DNA of 34,801 nucleotides, taken from Trichoplax sp. H2. Its lineage: Eukaryota. The position numbers and the translations under genes were made by a program. The stretch is taken from positions 62,001 to 96,801 of the forward strand of contig NOWV01000239.1 in assembly GCA_003344405.1 (NCBI GenBank), given 5' to 3'. Shown here piece after piece: positions 1-10,072 of this stretch (positions are counted from its first letter, which is position 1; every line of letters starts with the position of its first letter). Below the pieces are notes generated by a model. The model had not been told where the DNA came from. It worked only from the letters and a program-made list of their open reading frames with translations, and made no database searches.

Positions 1-398
1 TCATTGTCTACTTCAAAAATAATTAAGCTATTTTTAGCTACTTAAGAAAATACAGTAATAAAAGCTATAAAAGCGAGCTTAAACATTTAGTAGGAATTAA
101 ACCATAGCTTTTCAGTTGGTAATTCAAGGAAACAAAATATATCATAAATTTTTCCTAGCATTTACCCGTGAGGTATCAAAAGAATTTAAAAATAGTGAAT
201 GGGCTACATTTAGTACGATAATACTTATATCAGATCTTAAACAATTTACATTTAATTGATTTCTAACATAAGAATAAGGAAATATAAATCACCCATGAGT
301 TCCAATTGATCAATAAATTCAATAATCATGCACACTAGTAAACTATAGAAAAAGGATTCCTAAAATTATATATTAAAATGTATTATTTAATGACATCA

Positions 399-905
399 TA
401 TCACAAACCAGCTTTGAGACAAGGTTCACGTAAAATTAAATCTCTAAATTTCTAAAGCTTTCAGGATTCAGTATACCGTAACTACTCACAAGGACATAGA
501 CACCCGTACTTCTACGTTAGAATATTAGAGAACTGATTTTATTCGTTGAGCTGCCGAGCTTAAACACTTTTCAGCCGTGGCTAACATTGATGAACCGTCT
601 TACAACAATATTTATCGAAATGAACATTTACTGACGATTTTACGTAATCGAACTACAGTATGTCCATTTACAGAGTCTTTCTAAAACACCTACTATGTAC
701 CATTAGCTAGAATCTCAATTACAAGAATTTTTGCAGTATTCAATTACTATATAAGAATTGTATTAGTACAGCATATAATAATTTACTGAAATATTTTATA
801 ACTTCAGTGATTCCTAATGTAAGCAATTGATCGTAATCATCACGTATAAATGTTAATTCGCTAAATTTACTCCTTTAATTCTTCACGGTAGTTCGTACCG
901 TGACA
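399..905 (-). mobile_element. Solo LTR, family A (long subtype)
   Basis: Ends TATCAC (TGTCAC mutated)...GTGACA; 5-bp TSD CATCA at 394-398 and 906-910; homologous to the other A copies. Confidence 0.85.
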
Positions 906-1194
906 CATCAAAATATATGTTCAATTTCAAGTGACTGCTATCATCCTTCTCCATAACAGTAATTTAATCGTAATTATTTGCACGCACTCCTGTACTTTTT
1001 ACTGATATGATTCTTTAGTCACTTACTCTAAATAAAGTGACTAATCCAAAATTGTCAGTTTACTATCTGTCCTATCACAGAACATTTCTACGATAACCTA
1101 CAATGTACCACAGGTAAATTATAATCGCAGTGATTTGAATTATAAGAAGATTATTCTCGATTCCCCAATTAAATTACTAATTTCAGTAGGCTAT

Positions 1195-1636
1195 TGTCAC
1201 GGTACGAACTAACGTGAAGAAATAGCCATCTAAATTTGGTTAATATAATATAGTGATATTATATTACAACTAGTTACTTACAATAGGAATTACTCTAGTT
1301 ATAAATGTGTTACAGTAAATTTAATGCTGTGCTGTAATGTGCACTGAAATGATTCTGTGAATGGACATATTGTAGTCCGACTGTGAAAAACTAGTTAGTA
1401 GATGTTCTCACCTCAGTATTTTTATAAGATGACTTGTGAATGTTAGCTGCTGTAAAAGGGTATATAAGCCCGTCAGATAGTTGAATAAAGCAGTTCTAAA
1501 TTGTCTAGTTGAGTTTAACGTAGAATCAAAGGCGTCTAAATTCTTGTGAGATAGCTAAGGGATACTGAATCCCGGAGACTATAGTAATTTAGAGATTTGT
1601 TTTACATTATCCTTGTCACGAAGCTGGTTTGTGACA
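1195..1636 (+). mobile_element. Solo LTR, family A (short subtype, 442 bp), nested in an older family B-like LTR
   Basis: TGTCAC...GTGACA; TSD GCTAT at 1190-1194 and 1637-1641; TATATAA at 1461 then AATAAA at 1484; near-identical to 23961-24400 and 32308-32749. Confidence 0.9.
1461..1489 (+). promoter_or_regulatory. LTR TATA box and polyadenylation signal
   Basis: TATATAA (1461) and AATAAA (1484), conserved in all three short family A copies; family B has the same arrangement. Confidence 0.6.
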
Positions 1637-2179
1637 GCTATATATTCACCATAAAAGCTAGCGCTATATTTAAATATCGCATATCTGAATTAGAAACTCT
1701 TTATATAAGGGTAAATCAACAAAATTATCCTAAGGTTGACGTTTCTACTATAATTTCGATATTACAGTGTATAATACTGTAACAATATAACATAAACGAT
1801 ACTACCAATTCTAGTACTTTCCTAAATTCTAATTAGGTATTTACTTGTAAACCTAATAAGATTGAAAGAAAATATTTTATTACTGATAATTATGATCTGA
1901 ATATGTTATCAAACAAATTGAATGTATTTTTATTACTTTGAAACAGCTGTATACAATTGATAAATAAAATAATTCGTATTAAAATTTGCTGCTAAAACTT
2001 TCAATGCAATCAAAAGTGTTCGTATCTGTAATTAATGATAGCCTATTGCAACTTTATTCCGTAATCCTTTAACCATGAGATCATATTTTATAATTACTGT
2101 AGGCCATCCTTTTCAAGAAACCTAACATTGACATTCATGGTTACATTTACTGAGCAAGATTGTACGAATCTAAATAAAC

Positions 2180-3247
2180 ATGCATTTCTACTATAATTCC
2201 ACCATTGAACCATCATATTTAGATGAAGATGACAAAAACTTATCATTTACTGTATACAAATATGGAGCCTGCATCTCATCTCTTACTCTGGTTACCAACA
2301 CAATAGTAATTACCGTAATTCTCAGTAAACCCAACCTGAGGATAATCTCCAATGCCATCCTTTTAAGTAGCTGCTTGGCCGCATTATTATATGGCCTAAT
2401 AATTATTGGCACTGCTCTAGTCTCAACATACGCTGTTAACCCTTTCAAAGACATAATATTGTATTGTGTTCTGGGCAAGACATCAGAATTGACTGCACTC
2501 AGCATCTTTAATTTACATTTAACATCATTAAGCTTGGAAAGATTTTTTTCTAGTATCTATCCATTCAGATATCGGCGTTTAATGTCCATAAGAAATTCAT
2601 TTGCATATATACTTATAATTTGGCTTATTCCATCGTGCATCATATTTTTATTGGCTTTGATCGCCAGTTTTGCGAATGGTGGTGATTGCACAGCTTGGAT
2701 GGATATTATCGCTATTGATATCTTTTTTAGTTATATCGTTTTGCCAATAATATTTTTAACCCCACCATTCATAATGTTTATATGTTATGCTATTATCGTA
2801 TGGAAAATATTTTCCATGCAACGCAAAATTTCAGCAGCGTCAATACTTATTGATTCAACACCTCTATCAAGATCTAAATTAATGCAAAATTGGAAGGCTA
2901 TATTACAAATGTTTATTGTTTTAGGATTTTATATATCGGCATTTTATCCTTTCGTTATTTGCTATATCATATTAATTGCCGCACCAAATATCGACGTATC
3001 AGATGCAACTACAATATCATACTTACTAATTATCTCTTATATTGCAATCCATCCAATTATTTCGGTTCAATTTACGGCTCCTGTTAAGGACGAAATAAGA
3101 AAACCGTTAAGAAGATTTTATGAACTATTTCGATCATGGCTTAGCAATTCCGCATTATTTCGATGTTGCAATGAGAAAACTGATGACAACGGTTCTCGTC
3201 AACTCCATGTGCAAACATTAGATTCCAGAATAATCAGTTTGTTTTAA
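2180..3247 (+). CDS. Intronless class A (rhodopsin-like) 7TM GPCR, paralogue 1 (355 aa)
   Basis: Seven hydrophobic segments; TM3 'SLERFFSSIYPFRY' (DRY-like); C3.25 plus ECL2 'DCTAW'; TM4 W ('IIWLIP'); TM5 'FLTPP..MFICY'; TM7 'HPII'; alignable to the other paralogues. Confidence 0.92.
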   Translation: MHFYYNSTIEPSYLDEDDKNLSFTVYKYGACISSLTLVTNTIVITVILSKPNLRIISNAILLSSCLAALLYGLIIIGTALVSTYAVNPFKDIILYCVLGKTSELTALSIFNLHLTSLSLERFFSSIYPFRYRRLMSIRNSFAYILIIWLIPSCIIFLLALIASFANGGDCTAWMDIIAIDIFFSYIVLPIIFLTPPFIMFICYAIIVWKIFSMQRKISAASILIDSTPLSRSKLMQNWKAILQMFIVLGFYISAFYPFVICYIILIAAPNIDVSDATTISYLLIISYIAIHPIISVQFTAPVKDEIRKPLRRFYELFRSWLSNSALFRCCNEKTDDNGSRQLHVQTLDSRIISLF

Positions 3248-3324
3248 ATCAAAAACATGCCTTACTTAAATATCAGTCAATCTTTAATATCTAACTATTG
3301 CTCTCACTATTCGATTCCCATACG

Positions 3325-3780
3325 ATAGATAGTTTACCCTCAGCTCCACTCTAGCCGAATACGACTACTAGAAAATCTTCTAGAAAGAACTACTGAATAA
3401 GCTACAGTTTCCTGTTTAAATACTCTTCATAGCATTTGCAGCTATAGTCTTCATAGCAATACACTACCTTATTTCACTTTTAGATTATTAGTAGTAAAAG
3501 CGTTTTACTGCAAACTATCTATAGTCTAATATGTTAACTGCTATAGTATTTACTCTAAGTAAAGATTACGAGTCGTATTCCAATGTATGATGAATCAACC
3601 ATATCCTATTATATGAATTACAAGCCTATTTATACCTTTACCACCAATAGAGACTCAATACCCTACTGTACATAGTCATCTGCATTCTAGCGTAGAATAT
3701 TCAACTATGGTCTATGACTGCATCTTACTAAATATGACTAATAGCCTACAATCCAATACTAACTTACATTATACAACGGC
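3325..3780. repeat. Dispersed repeat D, copy 1
   Basis: Same-orientation diverged match to ~20903-21310 ('CTAGCCGAATAC.ACTACT', 'CTTCTAGAAAGAAC', 'CTAATAG.CTACAATC'); boundaries approximate. Confidence 0.7.
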
Positions 3781-4309
3781 ATCATTTAGGGCTTAATTTT
3801 AATGACAGGAAATGCTTTCTAAATCATGTATTATAATCTAAGTCTTTTGGTAAAATAAGTTCTAGTAATATGTAACATTCAATAAACCATATAATGACTT
3901 AACATGCTTTTCTTATTCTTACAGCAATAAATCTGTACAAAATGTGCAAGAATTGAACATTTATATAACTTGTAAGCTGATTCTGATTGAGTGTGATTAC
4001 ATTTAATGATAAATTTGTTTACATAAATTACTTTCTCGTCAAATTAAAATACATATCAAGCTATTAAAATCCGGCGCAGTAATCTTTGCTTTCTTTGCTT
4101 ATAAATTTCTATCATGTATATGAAAATGAATACCGGTATAGCACTGCGTTCGAGTAATTACAAACCTTTACCAAGGTTGAACATTTAGACGCAGGCTCAT
4201 CTGGAAAACTCCTTTATTTATTTGCCTGTCAGTTTCCTATTGCCGGCTAAGCGATTACAACATATATATAGCAGCAGTAAAGACCGATACAATTAATATA
4301 AATTTGGCC

Positions 4310-5230
4310 GTTTCTTAACTCGCACGACATTTCTCTTTGAACCTCTGACTAAAGCATTTCAGTAGTGATGCTGTCAATTTAATTTATCCTTTGAGTTTAC
4401 TTCTCTTGTATAATTGCTACAATGTTCTGCAAGCAACATGTAACCGTCTTGTAAAAGAAGGATAATAACAGCATAAAAAGCTATTGCGGTCTAAACGGTA
4501 TTAATCGTAAGTTAATTAAACTAATGCTGCTTCAGTGTACTATAAATAATACATTTTCAAAACGTTCTATTTTAATTTGAACGACTAAATTGATCCACAA
4601 CGATGCCTTCGTCACGTACTGTTAACCTAGCGATTTTATCATAGATAATAACATTAATAGCCGAATCCAATCATTTAATTCCGATAAAGATCTAATAGAA
4701 AGAAAGGTTTTCCCTTGCTAGAACTTGAAACAATACAAATAGAGAAATTTGTTCATAATTCATTGTACCAGGAAAGAATAAATAGCAGAAATCACACCCT
4801 ACATCTTTTAATGGCGATAATTTACTGGAAATATTCGAAAGCATACGCCCGAGCCCAACGAATTCGAACAAAACTATGAAAAAGAAACGATAACTGCTAG
4901 AAACCAAATTCACATAAATCCACATAACATAAGCGAGATCGATCATATCAGCATGTGTACGATCGAAAGACAGTTATATATCGTGTCATACCAATTGCAT
5001 TCATATTACATAGCTCTCATCAAACAATACCATAAACTGTTGGCAAGGTGATTAATTAAAGATTCTTAGGAATAATTACAGGAAGACCATAATAAAATGT
5101 AACAATCCAATAATATTCATATAAATGAGAATAAGTTGATAACAGTTTAAAGTCAAAATGCATGACGTTCAAGTACACATTATAATTATTGTTATAAGTT
5201 CTTTTGTTATTAATAATTCGATAGAAGAGC
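4310..5230 (-). pseudogene. Highly decayed class A GPCR pseudogene, unlike the tandem family
   Basis: Minus-strand frames give, in the correct order: 'NMNAIGMTRYITVFRSY' (TM3/DRY-like, 4978-4986), 'IWFLAVIVSFS' (TM4, ~4880-4909), an ECL2 Cys, 'ISAIYSFLVQ*IMNKFLYLYCF' (TM5), 'FLCCYYPSF' (TM6, ~4455-4479) and 'CFSQRFKEKCR' (helix 8). Many stops and frameshifts; boundaries approximate. Confidence 0.6.
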
Positions 5231-5505
5231 TATTTATAATTGGAACTGATGATTAAAAATACCAAAACCATACCTTAAATGTTTGTATTGATCTTATTAT
5301 TCTTACCAGAAATTTTAACGAATTTGGATTAATTGCTGTAAAATAGATTGAGTAACTTAAAAGTCGTTCCTTGGTAAAGCTAATACTCCACTGCAGTACC
5401 ACATATATGCTGTGCTTTAATAAATAGACGCATATTACGAGTATCTAGGGTAGAGTAACTACTCTGTTCCAATTTACACTTGAGATATTCAACCATCCTA
5501 AGGCA

Positions 5506-6612
5506 ATGGAAGAGAATAGTTTATCAACGGCATTTTCTGATTTGAAGACTTATAATTCATGTAACAGATCGTGGAACGGTAATTCCGAAGCTTTCGGAAA
5601 TTTTATATATTTACCTTTATCCGTTATTGCTATGGCTACTTTGATATGTCTGATGAATGTCTTGATGCTATTACTGGTTCTTGCCAGCAAGAAATTAAGA
5701 ACTTTATCCAATGCTGTCTTTTGTAGCAGCTGTTGCTGTGGTATCCTTATTGCATTCACCTTAATGGCTATTTCCCTTACTGGTAATTTTGCTCTTGAAC
5801 CACTGAAAACAAAAATTCTTGGTTGTGCTTTAGATTCCCCAACTCAAGTTACACTTGTTTGCATTTTCAATACACATATTTCTCTTATGACTTGTGAAAG
5901 ATGTTATTCAGTTATTTTTCCATTTAGATATAGACGTTTGGCTACGAAAAGGAATATTATCGTAATACTACTTCTAGCATGGATTATACCAATTTGTTTA
6001 ATCTACATAGTGGCAATGTTAAGTTCAAGAATTTATTTTCAAGATTGCACTAGCTGGGCCAAAATAGTAAATGTTAAAGTATTCATTACATTTATAGCGT
6101 CCCCTATAATTTTTCTGTTCCCAATTGCTTTCACTCTTACTGCTTATATTATTATTATCAGCAAGATTTACTCGCTCGAGCGCAAAGTTACGCGTATTAA
6201 CGGCATCGATTCTAAGTGTTATTCAAGACGAACTTACTTGATGGTGAAAAATAAAAAAGCTATTCTCCAAATGGTACTTTTATTAAGCATCTATATAATA
6301 TGTTTATTTCCATTTTGTATAATTTATGTCGAGCTAGTGCCAACAACTGTTAAGTACGGGTTCATATCTAAAATAACTTATTATCTGGCGACGACTTATT
6401 ATTTTATTCATCCACTGTTGGTAGCTTTCTTCACCGCTCCAATTAAGGAAGAAATCGTAAAGCTATGGCAACGGTATTGTTATTGCGCTGACTTTCTACA
6501 GCAACTTTGCAATAGACCAAAGATAATCCGTATCAACAGTAACACTTCTAATGCAAGTCGAGAATATATAGCAAATTCGATTGATAAATTTAGTTTTCAG
6601 AAAAATTGCTGA
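5506..6612 (+). CDS. Intronless class A GPCR, paralogue 2 (368 aa)
   Basis: 7 TM segments; 'TCERCYSVIFPFRYRRLATKRN', 'DCTSW', 'FLFP..FTLTAY', 'HPLL..FFTAPIKEEI'; N-terminal N-glycosylation sequon NRS. Confidence 0.93.
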   Translation: MEENSLSTAFSDLKTYNSCNRSWNGNSEAFGNFIYLPLSVIAMATLICLMNVLMLLLVLASKKLRTLSNAVFCSSCCCGILIAFTLMAISLTGNFALEPLKTKILGCALDSPTQVTLVCIFNTHISLMTCERCYSVIFPFRYRRLATKRNIIVILLLAWIIPICLIYIVAMLSSRIYFQDCTSWAKIVNVKVFITFIASPIIFLFPIAFTLTAYIIIISKIYSLERKVTRINGIDSKCYSRRTYLMVKNKKAILQMVLLLSIYIICLFPFCIIYVELVPTTVKYGFISKITYYLATTYYFIHPLLVAFFTAPIKEEIVKLWQRYCYCADFLQQLCNRPKIIRINSNTSNASREYIANSIDKFSFQKNC

Positions 6613-7323
6613 TCAAAGTGCCTGAACGTTCCTATATCTTATTAAGTACTTAGAGGTTCCTTATTTTTAATCGCTTATTTATTCAATATACACTTATATA
6701 CGTATATATTTCATACCAAAATGAGAACCATTTTTCATCACTCAATGGTATTGGTAAAATAGAAGGTAAACTCTTAAGTGACGATACAGCAATTGAGTAT
6801 TACTTATTTTATGCTAGAACCCATTTTAGTTGTGATTAAAACTGTGCAAGACAAGGTATCATATTCATTTCGTTATGTTTATAATTTAGAATATGAAAGG
6901 TAAATAGTGCATTAAATAGTCTCTATTACAGTAATTATTTATTTTTCGAATTATCTTTGAAAAAACTTATTGACCTATTCCAAGTTATTGTGTCTCACTA
7001 GGTATATCAATTAGAGTAAGTCTATTATCAGAAATATCTAAGTAACATCTTAAATTGACCATCAGCAATCTAGTAGAATTAGCAATTCACAAATTTGCTA
7101 TAAATTATAAATACTTTGTAGAGATACAACAAAAGATTACGTCTTATTAATTGCGAGAGTTTATACGTGAAACTAGACTATCGATTGCCGATGGCTCTTA
7201 AATCTAAATTAAAGTGATGAGCATATCAACCGAAATAAGTTCTCGAGTTAAACCATAACGATTTTAATAAAGAAAAATCTTTACAAATTTTTCTTGAATT
7301 CTGTTGTAATGGCAGACATATGC

Positions 7324-7949
7324 TGTCACAAAACAGCTTTGCAACAAGTTAACGTAATGTACGATCAATAAGTCAATTCCTTGAACCACGTATCAAGGAA
7401 CGATATCTGCACTACCACAAACACTTTTGCTCCACTAGCAGACTACACAAAGACTTAGACGCCTCGTATTTTATGCTAAACACTAAGTTTAAAAATCCTC
7501 TTTATGACACGATATACTGCATTTATATACTCGTCCTCAATAGTTCATCAGTCCTAGTTGGTACGATTACCTTTGGAATCATTTACAGAATTAGATATCA
7601 ATTTTAGCTACTGCTCCCTTAATGCAGACAACAGTATTTACGAACATAGACATCTGATAACTAATACAGAATAGTCAGATTACGATATATCCTATCACGA
7701 AACATTTCCACGATAACTTACAATCTACCATAAGTTACAATCACAATGATTTGAACTGTAAGTAGATGATTTACATTCCCTATTATAACTATTAATTTCA
7801 GTATGTGTATATGTGTCACTGTCATAAAAAGTCAGTGCTACATTAAAATACAGTATATCCAAATTAGAAGTGAACTAAATAAGGATAGGCTAACAGAATT
7901 ATCCTAATATAGATATTTCTACTCTAATACAGTATATAACATTGTCACA
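7324..7949 (-). mobile_element. Solo LTR, family B (626 bp)
   Basis: TGTCACA...TGTCACA ends; TSD TATGC on both sides; minus-strand GTATATAAAT at ~7521-7530; colinear with 33279-33907. Confidence 0.87.
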
Positions 7950-8688
7950 TATGCATATATATATCTATTAAATTTTTTATAGCTTCGATGTATCATACTA
8001 ATGAGGACTAACGTTAGTTAGAATGCTAACATCGCCATTTTGAAATAGTATAGTGTCAAAAAACAGCTTTCGTGATCGAACCTAAACTAGTCTATCAACT
8101 CTATTTAATCACTGACTAACTCCAGGATGTATTCTATTCGGAAACTGAACTTTTCCAATAGTAGAGAATCGAGGTAGATGACAGGAGTTTAGGCTATTTA
8201 TATTTCATTTACTAGTAACTATATCATAAATTAGTAGAGGAGTACTGTAAGCCAGTCTTAGTAAATTTGATACGAAACACTCTTCAACAATAGTTTTAAT
8301 CACACGACTTGATTTCTTAACCTTAAATCTCTCAGCAAAACTAAAGATCGTAAATATTAGCTATTCGTAAACAAGAAGCATCAAGCTCTTAAACACATAA
8401 ATTTGTAGATTTAGAATAAAGCATAGATTCGTTCTAATTCGCTATCATTCGAGTTCATTCTCTACGGTAATAATATACAATTCTTCGTGCAGCCAACATA
8501 TAATTCACCGATAATTCCAGCGGTAATTTATCGACGTTGCATCATCAAATATTAGCGGTTATTAAGTAACGGCATACTATAAAATTATCAACAAGGACAG
8601 TAAAAGTGATTCTCAGTTTATCTTAATTTATGGAGGAATATCTTATTATTTTTAACTCTTTACCAAAGTCTTCGTGTAATGGTACACC

Positions 8689-8742
8689 CATATTTGATTA
8701 CATTGATAACTATATTTGATTGCATTGGTAGCTATATTTGAT
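8689..8742. repeat. 22-bp tandem repeat (~2.5 units)
   Basis: Unit TATATTTGATT(A/G)CATTG(A/G)TA(A/G)C. Confidence 0.8.
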
Positions 8743-10006
8743 ATAGTCTGGTTCTAAGAAATTGATATTGACTAATAATATTAGACAGTTGACTAATTAT
8801 AGTACAAGATTAATGTGACTAGAAATACTATGATTGCGAAGATACGCAACACCGAAAGGTGTTGAACATTAATAGAAGAGTAGCGATACGTTAAGCAGAT
8901 TGATTCGGATTATAGAAGATAATAATGATCTATTTGAGGAAAGTATTCTATTCAATGATTCAAGTCTTTTTGTAGCTAATTATGTTTTCATAAATGGATT
9001 TCACGAAATATATTTAGAACTGCATAGATGAGCGCACATGAGAGATTTCACATTACTTGGAGCTTGGAATGCTTCAATCTTTAGACTAGATTCTTGCAGA
9101 AATCAATTATTGCTCTACCATTCCTACATTTCATAACAAAAGGACTTTTAGAAAATTGCATTTGACTAAGACAGTTATTTTTTAGATACTTTTATCACAT
9201 TAAGTTTCATCAAGTTACCATCGCTAAATATAATATACAATATAATTATTCAAGAAGTGAGTCTTGTCACACAATCAAAATTCTTTGGCAATTCCAATAA
9301 CAGCAAACTATTCTGTAACATAAGATTATTTATCATAGACGACGCATGAAAACAAAAAATACTTTGATAGTGTGCTGATTCAGTCCTGATTATGGGGGAA
9401 GCGTGCGGATGGATATTCTGAGTCAGCGACAGATTAATTTCTTCACGGCGTATGCGAGCAAATGTTTTCTTTATTTTCCTTTAACTCAGAACGAGAGCAA
9501 GAATCTATCTACTATGCTTCTCCCCTAATCTCGTTGAGAAAAACTCTCCTTAAATACTAAAAACCATTGGTACAAATACCGATACCTTTATCTTAACATT
9601 TAAGAATTGTAACACTCTTGCAATACCATATCACGAATACATCTTATAACTACCTTATAAACTTTCCAGTAATATCGTTGATATGTTACCGTACTTTCAA
9701 GATAACGTGCTAAACGAACTTGTGCATTTCTATAGGTATCAACCTTTAACAACAATATTATCTGTTAGCAGTTTATCTCGTAGTCGCGACAGATAGCAAG
9801 GATAATCGTATCTGGGCTAACTAACATATTCAATAACTGGTTTGTTTCTAGTAATTTATTTAGGACTCATACATCGTAAAAATAAGAAAAAAGATAACTT
9901 TAAAATATTAATACCCTAGTTTTGGCCAAATTTATATGTCTTTCGTCACATTATAATAAATTCTGATATTTTCCTTATAAATGAATTATCTGTACAAATC
10001 TATTCA

Positions 10007-10072
10007 TCAACATTGTACGCTGCTCATAAATACTTCACCTCAACATTGTACGTTGCTCATAAATACCTGCCT
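10007..10072. repeat. 33-bp tandem duplication
   Basis: TCAACATTGTACG(C/T)TGCTCATAAATAC occurs twice. Confidence 0.85.

Larger units (their letters stand above)
1035..1784 (-). mobile_element. Old degenerate family B-like LTR split by the 1195-1636 insertion
   Basis: 1040-1190 and 1642-1784 align contiguously to ~7660-7949 ('CCTATCACAGAACATTTCTACGATAAC', 'AAAATTATCCTAA', end 'TGTAACA'); left boundary uncertain. Confidence 0.7.

Noticed and set aside
1597..1782. 61-aa ORF (likewise 33629-33820)
   Set aside because: Lies within LTR sequence; 1597-1782 starts at TTG and crosses an insertion junction.
2191..2505. Antisense or alternate-frame ORFs within GPCR genes (also 2890-3087, 5550-5759, 19299-19502)
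   Set aside because: Shadow ORFs of hydrophobic coding sequence; no independent protein features.
4692..4946. 84-aa minus-strand ORF
   Set aside because: Out of frame with the GPCR-like motifs on the same strand; a chance ORF over the pseudogene.
8054..8080. TGTCAAAAAACAGCTTTCGTGATC, resembling the shared LTR terminus
   Set aside because: Probably another decayed LTR end, but no second terminus or TSD could be found.
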